Both the position numbers and the translations under genes were made by a program. From the NCBI RefSeq assembly GCF_009914755.1, contig NC_060929.1: a stretch of 64,000 bases of DNA, one strand, 5' to 3'. This DNA is from the human T2T-CHM13v2.0 reference genome, Homo sapiens. Under the pieces are notes generated by a model. That model was not told the origin of the DNA. It worked only from the letters and a program-made list of their open reading frames with translations, and did no database searches. Shown here one piece after another: positions 39,191 to 55,827 of this stretch (positions within the stretch are counted from its first letter, which is position 1; each line of letters starts with the position of its first letter).

Positions 39191-40603
39191 AGGTTAAAAT
39201 GGCTAAAACATTATGCAGTTTTTTACTCATTTTATTTTTCAAAATCCTCTCTCATTTAGAACATCTTTCAATTAACTTGAAAAATGACTCCTTATTATAC
39301 TGTTACATATTTGCCACACAGAGAAAGTACAAACTATGGAGCAAAGAACTGCTAACTATTACCTCCATTCTGACTCTGGCAGGAGCTATGTTTCGAGGTA
39401 GTTCTGCCAATTAGTGGTTCTCAGACTGGGTTTCCCTATCACATAATCAGAATTCCTTGGGGTATGAACTATTCAGATTCTTGTCCTACCCTCCCCTGTC
39501 AGGGCAGAGTAGGTGAATGAAGGTAATTTTTTTTTTTCCTAATTGACATTTGGAACTCATTGCTCCAGAGAATATAAGTTGGAATTGCTTTTCTTCCCAA
39601 TTTAGAAATTATCTAGTTTTCCTCAAGTCGTGAACATTCAGACTCTCTGAAAGCCTGTGTTTTCCCTCGAAACGGAATGACACATTGGCCCCCACTCCAC
39701 CGCACACACAGTCGCCTCCCTCCTCCTCTGTTCACAGCCAAGCTCATGGCACATTGCCCAGCTGGTGAGCACGTTCTGGCTGCCCAACAGCTCTTCAGTC
39801 ATCTCTTTAAAATTCATTATCCAAATGTGCAGAAATGATCATTTGGAGTTGCTATCATATTTCTCTGCAATGTGACACTCCTCTGACGGGATCATGTGTG
39901 GAGAAAACGTGCCCCTTTGACAGAGATGTTATTTCAGCAGGGTGTCTTCTTTCAAAGGGTTCTCCCTTTATCTGAACTATCAAATTGTTCCTAGTTCCAT
40001 AAAAGCAGGGCAGCTATTGTGATGGAAATTTACATACACAGTGTAAATGCTGAGCTTGTTTGTTATTTGAAAGAAGCTGCTAGAGACTGAATAGATCAGG
40101 TGTGTCCTGGTCCTTCAATCAGGCCGTGGATTCAAAGGCTGGTCTTAAAGCGAATCCCTCCCTTTTCCTTATTCAGGTTACAGAGGCCACAGATGAGGAA
40201 GCATGTGCCACCTACCAGCTGAGCACAAGCGCCCAGTCTCAGCATGTGCAGCTCCTGCCTGGCATTGGGTGCCTGGTTTGCCAATGCTTCAGCATAATTA
40301 TTTTACTCTATCTCCTGGGAGAACGCACTGCCCTCCTTTCATGTACAATAACACTTTTTTTGGTATTTACTTTTCCCATTCCAGACCTGGCCTTCTGTTC
40401 CCATAGACCATATTTCGTAAAAGATGGAGAACTCCTGGTTCACTGGAGATTAACTATATAAAATTTAGTCTGTGGGCTGCAACCTGTGAGTCATTCTTGA
40501 GAAAGTTTCTGAGTGGCCACCTCAGAAAATAAGAGCTTTCTAAATCTGGCGAGAACTTAAAGTCACAGCAGGAATAGAAAGAGTGTTAATGCAAGAAGCA
40601 CCA

Positions 40604-40660
40604 GCATTTTAAACATAGTAAGATACTCAAGGGCATTTTAAACATAGTAAAGATACTCAA
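40604..40660. repeat. 29-bp-period tandem duplication
   Basis: gcattttaaacatagta(a)agatactcaa twice. Confidence 0.92.
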
Positions 40661-41269
40661 TTGTGAGCACAATTATGGCTTTAAGGGATTGCTGATTCAT
40701 GTATTCCTATTTCTAAAACTTAAAAACAATTATACATGTAGGCCCAAGTATGAGCCATACTGCCCAATGTCTGTGAGCAAGATGGCAACATTTATTTTTC
40801 TCATAAAATACAAATGGGAAAAAGTAAATTAGAGGCCACATACTATAATGAGCAATGGACTCAAAAGATCAGAGTTCATATCCCACCTCCATCAGCACTT
40901 GTGTCCTTTCACATGTCATTTAATACACATGTATTTTTTAATGAATAGTATTAGTGAAAAAAGGCAGACAGAAAGAGACTTTAGGAACTTCACCAAGTAC
41001 CACATTTATTAGATAAACTGGCCACAAGAGAGGTTAACTGACATAGCCAAGGGAACTCAGCAATTTTTAGCATAGCACTGGCCAAATCCCATTCTGACTT
41101 CTAATCAGTGATCTTTCTCACTGTGGCCTCGATTTTATCACCCCTCACATGGAAACATTAATGCTTATTCTACCTACTTCATAAAAGTCTTGGAAAAATC
41201 AAAGACAATATGTGGATTGGATTGAATTATCTCTAGAGAGGTATTTAAAGGCAATGTGCTGGTTCTTTT

Positions 41270-43831
41270 ATAGTTTTCCTTATCACAATGAATGGCACCA
41301 CCATCCATTCTGTTATACAAGATAAAAACCTTGATACTTCCCTTTCTCTCATTCTCAAATCCAAACCATCACTAAATCTTATTGAGTTACCTTCTCAAGG
41401 CATCTTAAATCTGTCCACTTTTTGCCATCTTTTGTTTATTGTCTTTGTCTAAGTATCAATGTCTCTCATTTGGACCACTGAAGTAACCTCTAGATTGGCC
41501 TTCCCTCACCCATTCTTATGCGTTTAAATGAATTCCCAACACAGACCCAAGAGGGTTCTTTAAAAATACAATCATAGTCATGGCCATTCCTGTTTAAAAT
41601 CCTTCAATGACTTTCCATTGCTTCTAAAACATAAACAAAATCTTAGCCCATTTGATATAGCATAAAAAAGAACAAAATACTTAGCAATAAATTTAATGAG
41701 AGAAACATAAAACTTATCCTCTGCAAACTACAAAACATTGAAAGAAACTAAGACCTCTGTAAATGGAGAGATAGCCTATGTTCATGAATCAAAGATGCTA
41801 TATTGTTAAATGGAAATACTTTCCAAATTGATCTATAAATTTAATGCAATTCCTCTCAAAATCCTAGCTGGCTTTTCTATAGAAACTGACAAGCTGACCT
41901 CAAAATTCATATGAAAACTCAAGAAACTCAAAATAGCCAAAATAATCTCGCAAAAGAGGAATAAAGTAGGACTTACACACTTTCTGATTTCAAGACTTAC
42001 CACAAAGCTACCATAATCAAGACCGTTTGGTAATGGCATAAAGATAGGTATATGTGTTAATAGAATAGGATTGAGAGTCCAGAAATTGACTCTCGCATTT
42101 ATGGTCAGTTGATTTTTAACAAAGGTGCCAAGACAATTATAATGGAGAAAGAATAATCTTTTCAACAAACAGTGCTGAGACAATAATATACACATGTAAA
42201 AGAAAGATGTTGGACCCCATTCTCATAAATATACAAAAATTAAATCAAATAGATCATAGACCTAAGTGTAAAAGCTAAAACTACAAAATTAGTAGAAGAA
42301 AGTATAGGAGTAAATCTCTATGACTTTGAGTTAGGTAAAGGCTTCTTAGATATGACACTAAAAGCACAAGTGACAAAAGAAAAAGCACAGGTGACAAAAA
42401 GAAAAAATTTGACCTCTTCAAAATTAAAAAACTTTTGTACTTCAAAGGGTACCATTATGAAAGTTAAAAGAAATCCACAGAATTGAAGAAAATATTTGCA
42501 AATCATATGTCTGATAAAGAACTTGTGTCTAGAATATGTAAGAACTCTTACAATTCAACAATTTAAAAAAATCAATTAAAAAATGATCAAAGGACTTGAA
42601 TAGACATTTCTACAAATATTATAAACAAATAGCCAATAAGAATATAAAAAATATTCAACATCAACCATCAGGGAAATCCAAATCCGTAATAAGATACCAC
42701 TTCACTAACATTTATTTTTTGACTTTTTGATAATAGCCATCCTAACAGGCATAAGGTGATGTCTTCCACTAGGATGCATATTTTTAAAAATGATGAAAAA
42801 CCACAAGTGTTCATAAGAAGATGGAGAAATCTGAAACCTCATATACGACTCATGGGAATGTAAAATCATACAGCCACTTTGGAAAACAATCTGGCAGTTC
42901 CTTGAAAGTTTAAACATAGAGTAACTATGTGACCCAGCAATTCCACTGCTAGGTCCATACCCAAAAGAAGTGAAAATATCTGTCCACACAAAAATGAATG
43001 CATGAATGTTCACAGAAACATTATTCATAGTAGCCAAAAGGTGGAAGCAACTGAAATGATGAATGAATAAATAAAATGTAGTATATCCATGCAAAGGAAT
43101 ATTATTCAGAAATAAAAGAAATGAAGTACTTAATACATGCTACAACATGGATGAATCTTGAAAAAATTACCTCAAGTGAAATAAGCCAGATGAAAAATAC
43201 CATATATTATGTGATTTCATTTATATGAAATGTCCAGAATAAGCAAATCTATTGAGACTGAAAGTAAATTAGTGTTTGCTTAAGGTTAGGGAAGACATGG
43301 GTTTAGGGGAATGGGGAGTGACTTTTAATGGAAATAGGATTTCTTTTGGGGGTGATGAAAGTGTCCTATAATTGATTGTAGTGATGGTTGCCCAACCCTG
43401 TGAATATACTAAAAGCCATTGAGTTGTATATTTTAATGGGTAAACTTTATGGCATGTGAATTCTGTCTCAGTAAAGCTGTTATTATTTTTTTAAAGTATC
43501 TTAGCCTACAAGACCCTGCACAATGTGTCTCCGAATGATCATTTCAGCCCCATCTCCCTGAACACGTCAATGACTCCTTTTTATACGTCCTCCTAATACC
43601 ACGTACTTCTCCACCAAATCATTTCTTATGGATACAATTGTGCATTTGTTGTCATGGTTCATTAATTTTTGGTTCCCCTACTAGGCTATAAATTCAATGA
43701 AAATTGAGACAGTGTAAGTTAAAAATGTAAGTATTCATTAAGTAATAACCATCATATATCCAGTGTCTAGCATAGTGCCTGGCAAATAATAAGCACTCAA
43801 TAAATATGTGTAAAGTGAGTGAAAGAATGAA
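41270..43831 (+). mobile_element. L2 split by an L1MB insertion
   Basis: L2 at 41270-41648 resumes at 43507 and ends with gtgcctggcaaataataagcactcaataaatatgtg. Confidence 0.8.
41649..43494 (+). mobile_element. L1MB-type 5'-truncated LINE-1
   Basis: Degraded ORF2 3' part and L1MB 3'UTR (gtgatggttgcccaaccctgtgaatatactaaaagcc); TSD atcttagcc on both sides. Confidence 0.9.
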
Positions 43832-44319
43832 TTACAGAACTGTCCACAGACTGAATATCGGGCCCATGGGTAGCAGAAAAGAAGCTCTTTGCCATCTGTT
43901 ATACTGCATCCTTAAAATGATACCTTAGAAGTAATAGTGAAGGTTCAGAGTCCAGGGGCTGTCACAGAAGAGAACTGGAGATCATCTCAATGTTTCTATA
44001 AATGTTGCGCCCTGTGTTAAGGAGACATTCATTCATTCACTTAATAAACAGCTACTGAGAACTTACCATATGCCACCCACTGTGTTAGGACCTGGGATAT
44101 TGCAAGAAGTAAAAGACAAAAGTCCCTGCCCTTGTGACTCCAGCTGTGTGGGAGATGGGTATTAAGCTAATACACGATAAACGACTAAATCATTTCATGT
44201 GTAGGAAGGTGAAAGTGCCAAAGAAAGGACAAACTGAGCATTAGGTAAAGGGAATCGGGAATGCCGGCAGTAGGTGATGAATTTCCACTTAGAATAAGAT
44301 GGTTGGTCAGGGCTGGCCT

Positions 44320-44780
44320 TCAGTGTAGGCTCTAATGACCCCCACTTTCTGGTCTTCACACACTGGGGTAGCCCCTTGCACCACCGTGCCACAGTTGGTC
44401 TGTGTGGCCAATAGAATAGGGCAGAAATACTGATACATCATTTCTGAATCTAGGTCATAAAATATAATGGCCTCTGCCTTTCTCTTGGGTCACTAAATCT
44501 AGAAAAAGCCAGCCACCATATTGTGAGAAGTGCCCAAATGGGGAGGCACCGAGGCCTCCTGCTAACAGCCAGTGCCAGGAGCTTAGAGGACCCTCCTGCC
44601 CAGGGAACACTTCAATGACTGCAGCCTGGATGGCACCTGGACTGTGGCTTCCTGAGAGACCTTGAGGCACAGCTACTCATCCGCTCCTTCCAAATTTCCT
44701 GATCCACATTAACTATGGGATAATAAATGTTTGTTGCTTTAATCCACTAAGTTTCAGGATAATTCTTTATGCAGCATATG
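44320..44780 (+). mobile_element. MLT1E/F-like MaLR LTR
   Basis: gtggccaatagaatagggcagaa...taataaatgtttgttgctttaatccactaagtttc. Confidence 0.8.
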
Positions 44781-45039
44781 CAGGGTGGGCCTCATTATGA
44801 AGCTGGCATCTAAAAGAAACTTTAAAGGAGGAGAGGAAATTAGCTATGTGGTTGTCAGGGGAAAGGTGTTACAGGCAGGGGAAACAGCTGGTGCAAAGGC
44901 CCCAGGAAGGAACACACCTGGTGGATACAATGAGCAGTAAGGTGGCCAGGAATATCCGAGAGGGAGACTGGGAGGCGATGCAGTCAGAGACACGATGGGG
45001 ACCTTGTGAGCATTGAAATGACTTTGACCCTCACCCTGA

Positions 45040-45363
<324 letters not shown>

Positions 45364-45699
45364 CATTGGAGGGTTTTAAACAGAGAGGTGATGTGATCTG
45401 AATTAATATCTAGTAAAGATCAGCCCAATCATTTAAGTATTTGAGCCTTTTTCAGAAATCATGCACTGAAATCCGGAAAGAGACATAGCTGCCCTCCTTT
45501 CCAAGGGTCCCCAGCAGGGTGACCGGTGCTTGATACCAGTTTCAGTTCTTAAACAAAATTGACTAGTTGCCCTCATCTGTCCCATATCAGCTCTGCTCCT
45601 GTAGGGGTCGCCCAACACCCCTCTGCCTTTGGATCATCTTCTAGTGTGGTCTCACCAGCTCCACTAGCCTGAGACAGGACCAGAGTCTCACAGGAGCCA

Positions 45700-45920
45700 C
45701 CTTCGGTGGTGGAGCTCTGAAAATACGTGTCTATCAGGACCCTACTTCTGAAGATTGTGATTCAGCTGGCCTGTGATGGGGCTCCACATATGTTTATCTG
45801 TACCTGTATGTGCCATCTATATCTATATCCAATGTATAGCTATATCAAATGGATGCCTATAGCTATAGCTTTATTTTTTAAACCCTTCAGATGATTCTAA
45901 TGCATATGACTGAAAATCCC
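45700..45920. mobile_element. MER5-family fragment with TA-rich insert
   Basis: gattgtgattcagctggcctgtgatggggc...cagatgattctaatgca. Confidence 0.5.
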
Positions 45921-46759
45921 TTCTATGAGAAGTGTGGAGAGCTGGGATCATGTCACATTTACTCTTGTACCCACATCAGGTCCTGGCACTTGGTAGGTGC
46001 TCAGTTTACATGTCGTGAATGAAGTAATTACTCACATTGAAACATGGGAATAGCCCACCCAGGACCTAAGGTCCTGCCTCTGCACTACCCAAGTTAACCT
46101 ATCAGGACTTGGTGATGTGCAAGGCTCTGGGAAGAATGCAAATTAATGAAAAAGCTTGGTTCCAGTTTTCAAGGAGGAAATCACCTTTTTGGAGTGAGGG
46201 GCAGGCACACATGTAATGGGAAAGGTTCAGTCCAACAGAGTATAAAGCAATCATCAAAAGGCAGGATTCCTGGAATAAAAGTGTGAGCTGGAAGAGCAGA
46301 GTCTGCGGAATTATTAAAAAATTGTTCTCTAAGTTTTAGGGCCTGTGTGCCCAGGAAGATGAAAATTATTGAGTAGGGTTTAAAGAGAGAATGATCTTGA
46401 ATTCTAGGCAACAGCAATCTGTTGGAGGAAGATAAGGGGGCCAGTGGGGCAGGTAGATTGAGGAAGGGAAGGGGGATCAGGAGACGGCGTCAGAGACAGA
46501 AGGTTGCAGGTTGCTGGATTGGATTTTTAGGCCAATATACTGACTTTGTTTTTTCACTCTGAGTGACTTGGGGAGTCAGCAGATGATTCCGAACAGAGAA
46601 GTGACATGCTCTGGCTTCAGTAGGGTAGGGAGAAGGGAGATCAGTTAGGAAATTCTGTGTAATAACCCAGGTGAGAGATAGCAATGGCTCAGATCAGGGT
46701 AGTAACTCTGGAAATGGTTAGAATAAAAGGCCATCCCCATTGTGCCATAAATAACAAAT

Positions 46760-46966
46760 AGCAAGTGCTTATATGGAGCCTACTGTGAACAAGACTTGTG
46801 CTAACAAATTCAGCCCTCACATCAACCCCATGAGGTGGGTACTAGTATTGCCATTCGCATTTTACAAATAAAGAGAATGAGGTTCACAAATATTAAGTAG
46901 CTTGTCCAAGGTCACATGGCTGGAAAGCAGCAGTTTCAGGATTTACCTCCAGAAAACCTGACTCCA
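46760..46966 (-). mobile_element. MIR
   Basis: ccccatgaggtgggtactag...cattttacaaataaagagaatgagg...cttgtccaaggtcacatggc. Confidence 0.82.
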
Positions 46967-47263
46967 TTCATGATTTATGCCATTTGTCATTTCCGCTGCC
47001 TCTCCTGGCAGTGCCAGATTTGGACAAGACCATCTAATCTATGTCCTGGGCTCCCTCCATGTCTTTTTTAGCCAGTACAAAGCCTGGGTTTCAACCCAAG
47101 AGGACAAGTATATGAAGAGAAAGTACGCTGGGTGAAGGCAATTTGTGGCAGGTACACAGTTCTACAATGAGGTAGAACTGGTTCCCCAGCCCTAATGACT
47201 CCATAAGCAACTAATGAGTTACACAAACACAGACTCTGTCAAGTGATGCCTGTGAGATTTGCA

Positions 47264-47301
<38 letters not shown>

Positions 47302-47326
47302 TTCATACACACATACACATTCACAC
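47264..47326 (+). repeat. (CT)n(CA)n compound microsatellite
   Basis: Read directly. Confidence 0.95.
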
Positions 47327-47533
47327 TCGCCTGCTGCACATTAGAATTTCCTTTGTCACCCACTTTTACCAATGGACCTGCCATTGGAGAATTTTTTTTT
47401 CTTAGAGCAAGGATCTGTGGTTGGTTTGCAGCTGTCAAAGGGTCAGGTTTTTTGGCAAGCATTGAATAGATGGCACACTCTGGGATCCTGGCATTATCGA
47501 GTGCTGGGCCACACAATTGTTCTCTCCTGAGGG

Positions 47534-47581
47534 GTGTGTGTGAGTGTGTGTGTGTGCACGCGAGAGACTGTGTGTGTGTGT
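47534..47581 (+). repeat. Interrupted (TG)n microsatellite
   Basis: Read directly. Confidence 0.95.
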
Positions 47582-48557
47582 TTGTAGGGGGAGACGGTTG
47601 TGGGCAGCAGGGGCTATGCCACCAGAAGAGTAACACATAAGGAAATGAATCCACACATATCAAAGACAAGAAATATGAGTACACTATTTAGGAAAACAGT
47701 CATTCTGAAGTGGGAGTAGAGATCATGTTGCTCTTTCATGTGAAGCCAAAAAGAACTTAAGACTGTGTTGATTGTGCCTGAAAAACAGCCACAGTCACAC
47801 GGGACTCAGGTAAGTGTGAACACAGCAGCAGGAAATGCTGTATTTCTGGCCTCAGAACCCCATTTACACCCATATAATAGGCCTGGAACCTCAGCTAGAA
47901 TCTGCCTCTCCTTGAGAAGCTACCACCTCCATAGATCCCCACTGAGCCCACTCAAAGCCTGATGAATCCTATTGGGCAACTCACTTAAAAAGATCCAAAG
48001 GCTTCCTTAAATAACCCCATTTGCCTCAAGAGAACCGGAAGATGGTCCTTCTTGACCATCTGCCGTGGCACAGAAATGCTGGGGCATTGGGGAATGATCT
48101 CAGAAACACTAGTGATTCAGGGAAAGGACAAGAATGAGAGACACACACAATGAAGACCACATGAGCATGGAAACACCTCCCAAAATGTGACTTTTACTTC
48201 CAACCCAGGCGTCCCAGTCAGATACTGCATGTTTTTAATGTTTCACTTAAAGCAAGAGGTAAGGAAGGAGTTCTAGGAATGGGACGCTTGGATTGCTAGT
48301 GAAGAGGGAAGTTGTAAAGAAGATACTGACCTCTAAGTGTTTGCAATCTTCTCCAACCCTGCCTGGCTACACTCTAAAAGGAAGATACCCAGGGATCTTC
48401 CCAGCAACTGTTCTGCCTGGGAGTGTTACAGAGCTGATGGGGTTAAAATGGCCACAGTGAAGCCAAACTGGAGAAGAATGAGAGCTGGCAGATTCCCATT
48501 GATTGGATAGAGAGGAAATGAACAAGAAAAAGACATCTGATAAGGAGAGAGAGGGGA

Positions 48558-48678
48558 AAGGGAAAGAGAAGGAAGAAGATCCTACCTCTGCCAGCTGAGT
48601 TAAGGACTCCAGTGGAAGGGAAAGAGAAGGAAGAAGATCCTACCTCTGCCAGCTGAGTTAAGGACTCCAGTGGAAGGG
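48558..48678. repeat. Perfect 58-bp tandem duplication
   Basis: aagggaaagagaaggaagaagatcctacctctgccagctgagttaaggactccagtgg at 48558 and 48616. Confidence 0.97.
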
Positions 48679-48999
48679 GCAGAGGAAAGGACTTTGGAAG
48701 GAGCTACGGCATGTGTGAAGGGGGTGAAGGTGCAGGAGACAGAGGAGAAGTTATGCTTTGGTGATGAAACTAATATCCTTTGGAAGGATTTTTTTGAGGT
48801 GAAGACATAAGCGTTTTGTTTTGTTTTCGTTGTTTAAAAACTTCAGCAAACATTTAAATTGCTTTTTAATTAGTTTCCATATTGGATTGATTGAACTGAG
48901 ATGAAGCCACAAAGCAATTTTATTAGGGTTTCATTTCTTTTTAAAATACATGACCTTAGAGATGAGGGGGTGAGAGCCAAGGTTAAGTCTGGTTTCACA

Positions 49000-49210
49000 G
49001 TTAGTTCCCAGAGATCTAGTGTTCCTTGGGGTATCCAAATAGAGAGGGGCCAGGGAAGGCCAGCAGGCACAGAGGGAGCCTCCCCTTCTCTATTTCAACT
49101 GGAATAGCTCAATTTTTAACATCTATTTTAAAGATAAAATGGAATGCAGTGTAAGATTTTCTTTGAGAAAAAGAAGATTCCTCTGCTAAATTCAAAAAAC
49201 AAGTTCATCT
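49000..49210. mobile_element. hAT-Charlie MITE (MER102/MER112-like)
   Basis: gtgttccttgggg...ttcaactggaatagctc...gtaagattttctttgagaaaaagaagattcctctgctaaa. Confidence 0.45.
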
Positions 49211-49867
49211 CACTTATCAAGAAGTAAACTGAGCCCTGGAGTTTGTGGCTTGCTCAAGCTCTGGCTGTTCAGTTCTCGAGCCAGCACCAATTCCAGGCCA
49301 GACTTGCCACCCACCTGTCTTTCCACTACACATTCTCCTGCTTCTGGGCACACACATATTTCAAACCCATCACTGTGCTCTGCTCCTCATCTGGGAGCAG
49401 ACAATTTAGGGAATATGAAAAAAAGCAACAAAATCCTAAAGCCTAGAGAGAAACTATTCCCCAAATATTGCATTATAATAAATACAAATCCCACCATGCC
49501 AGCTAGAACACCAGCTGCTAGAAACAAAATGTGCACGGCTACCCAGCACCTTGCCTTTACTCCTAGAGCAGTATAGTTTTGGTTCTATGTCTTTTTGCTT
49601 TAATTCTAAACTCAACCACAATTTTCTTCAGACAATTCCCTGCCAGCACCCTGTGTAGCAACATCCTGAAAGTAAATGGTGGACTTGCTGTGCTCCCTGG
49701 TTAAGTGCTCAGCTTTGCCTCCATCCATTTCCACCAGCACTTTAAAGGCACCTACAGTCTCCTTTCTAATGTCTCAGATCCAGCAACTGGTATCAACCGA
49801 ATTTCATGGAAGCTACTTTCATTTCCTTTTCTTTCCTTATTGAAAACAAACAACAAAAACAGAGAGT

Positions 49868-53686
<3,819 letters not shown>

Positions 53687-54265
53687 AAAAACAGAGTTAT
53701 GACTCTGAGAGGTGACCTGACCAGCCCAGGGCCCATTAATCCCCTAACACAGGACTCCTATTTCTCACCTGTTCTCTGCATTTTATGGAAAGGTGGATGT
53801 TGGGACCATACCTGCTTCCCAACTCTTCCTAATTATCTTTAAAGACTTACTTAGAGCAAATGACTCTGTACAACTCAGGAATCTGATTTTTGTAAAAAGG
53901 TGAGAATGTTTTGAAACACAACCAGCATATGCTAAAGAAAATTGTACCATTTAACACACCAATTATAAGTTAAAGTGCAGCAACAACAAAACAGCTTTCC
54001 TCACACTGAAAAATCCAAAATAAGCAACTCCAATCAAATTTCAAATGTATTGATTTAATTTCAACCAACACAAGTCAGTGGGTTTAAATATCATGTCTAA
54101 TTTAGAAATTCACATTTCACCAATAAAAAAATTATGTCTGGTCCTCATCTTTGGCCACCTCATCCTTTACCTTCCTTATGAGCAGTATGGCAGTATGGCC
54201 TGGAGGAGCTTTTTTCCTTTGGGCTCCATGTGGGCCAATCTAACCCCCTCCTCAGGTACTGGGCT

Positions 54266-54268
<3 letters not shown>

Positions 54269-54297
<29 letters not shown>
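54269..54297. repeat. Poly(T)29
   Basis: Read directly. Confidence 0.95.
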
Positions 54298-54301
<4 letters not shown>

Positions 54302-54770
54302 ACATTAATTCTTCTGTTTGTCTTTATGCTTTTATTCCGTGAGTTAGGTTAATATAATGGCAAAAGGGGAAAAAACACAAAAGATATTTATGTCTATTTA
54401 CATACATAGTGTGCATACAGTATGTATAATGTCTGTGTATATTTACATGCAAACATATGGCATACATAACATTGACATAAAGTATATGTATGTAGTTAAA
54501 TATGTGTGCATCTATCAAAGAAAAAAATATATATAACACACATTTGGGTAAATATAAAAGTACTGAAGTCCATATTGAGGCATAAGCTACAGATCCCCAT
54601 TTGATACAAATAAAATGTTTCATGTCTTTGCACCTTTGCATAGGTTGCTTCCTTCAGCCTGAAGTGTTCTTTGAATCCCCTTCACCTCCCAAACTGCTTA
54701 GTCATCAAGAAACAGCTCAAGATCCACTTCTCCATTATGCTGTTATTGTGCTGGATTTCACCGAATTATT

Positions 54771-55827
54771 TCCTTCTTTCTCTTTTTCTTTTTTTTTTTA
54801 AATTACACTTTAAGTTCTAGGGAAAACGTGCACAACGTGCAGGTTTTTTACATATGTATCCATGCGCCATGTTGGTGTGCTGCACCCATTAACTCGTCAT
54901 TTACATTAGGTATATCTCCTGATGCTATCCCTCCCCCTCCCCCCACCCCATGACAGGCCCCGGTGTGTGATGTTCACCTTCCTGTATCCAAGTGTTCTCA
55001 TTGTTCAATTCCCACCTATGAGTGAGAACATGCGGTGTTTGGTCTTTGATGATGGTGACATACAGATGGGGTTTTGGTGTGGATGTCCTTTCTGTTTGTT
55101 AGTTTTCCTTCTAACAGTCAGGACCCTCAGCTGCAGGTTTGTTGGAGTTTGCTGGAGGTCCACTCCAGACCCTGTTTTCCTGGGTATCAGCAGCGGAGGC
55201 TGCAGAACAGCGAATATTGCTGAACCGCAAATGTTGCTGTCTGATCGTTCCTCTGGAAGCTTCATCTCAGCGGGGTACCTGGCCATGTGAGGTGTCAGTC
55301 TGCCCCTACTGGGGGGTGCCTCCCAGTTAGGCTACTCGGGGGTCAGGGACCCACTTGAGGAGGCAGTCTGTCCGTTCTCAGATCTCAAACTCCATGCTGG
55401 GAGAACCACTACTCACTTCAAAGCTGTCAGACAGGGACATTTAAGTCTGCAGAGGTTTCTGCTGCCTTTTGTTTGGCTATGCCCTGCCCCGCAACGTGGA
55501 GTCTATAGAGGCAGGCAGGCCTCCTTGAGCTGCAGTGGGCTCCACCCAGTTTGAGCTTCCTGGCCACTTTGTTTACCTACTCAAGCCTCAGCAATGGTGG
55601 GCGCCCCTCCCCCATCCTCACTGTCACCTTGCAGATCGATCTCAGACTGCTGTGCTAGCAATGAGTGAGGCTCCGTGGGTGTGGGACCCTCCAAGCCGTG
55701 TGCTGGATATAATCTCCTGGTGTGCCGTTTGCTCAGTTGGAAATGCAGAAATCACCTGTCTTCTGAGTCACTCACGCTAGGAGCTGTAGACTGGAGCTGT
55801 TCCTATTCGGCCATCTTGGAACCACCC
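54771..55827 (-). mobile_element. Mini-L1 (L1PA4-like): spliced 5'UTR fused to ORF2 end/3'UTR/poly(A)
   Basis: 5' start GGGTGGTTCCAAGATGGCCG at 55827; junction CTGAG|CAAACGG at 55732/55731; junction in ACCAAA at 55043-55038; 3'UTR and poly(A) at 55037-54771. Confidence 0.93.

Noticed and set aside
48340-49000. Ancient Gypsy-like LTR (also about 28900-29430 and 31500-32100 as old LTRs)
   Set aside because: Purine-rich LTR-like texture only; too degraded to assign by eye.
55038-55043. Second mini-L1 junction as a splice event
   Set aside because: No AG precedes the downstream segment and the G before the nearby GT is not retained; ACCAAA microhomology explains it better.
55594-55668. Intact L1 ORF0 in the mini-L1
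   Set aside because: The ATG is present (MVGAPPPSSLSPC...) but codon 25 is TGA, and the 3' part of ORF0 was removed by the splice.
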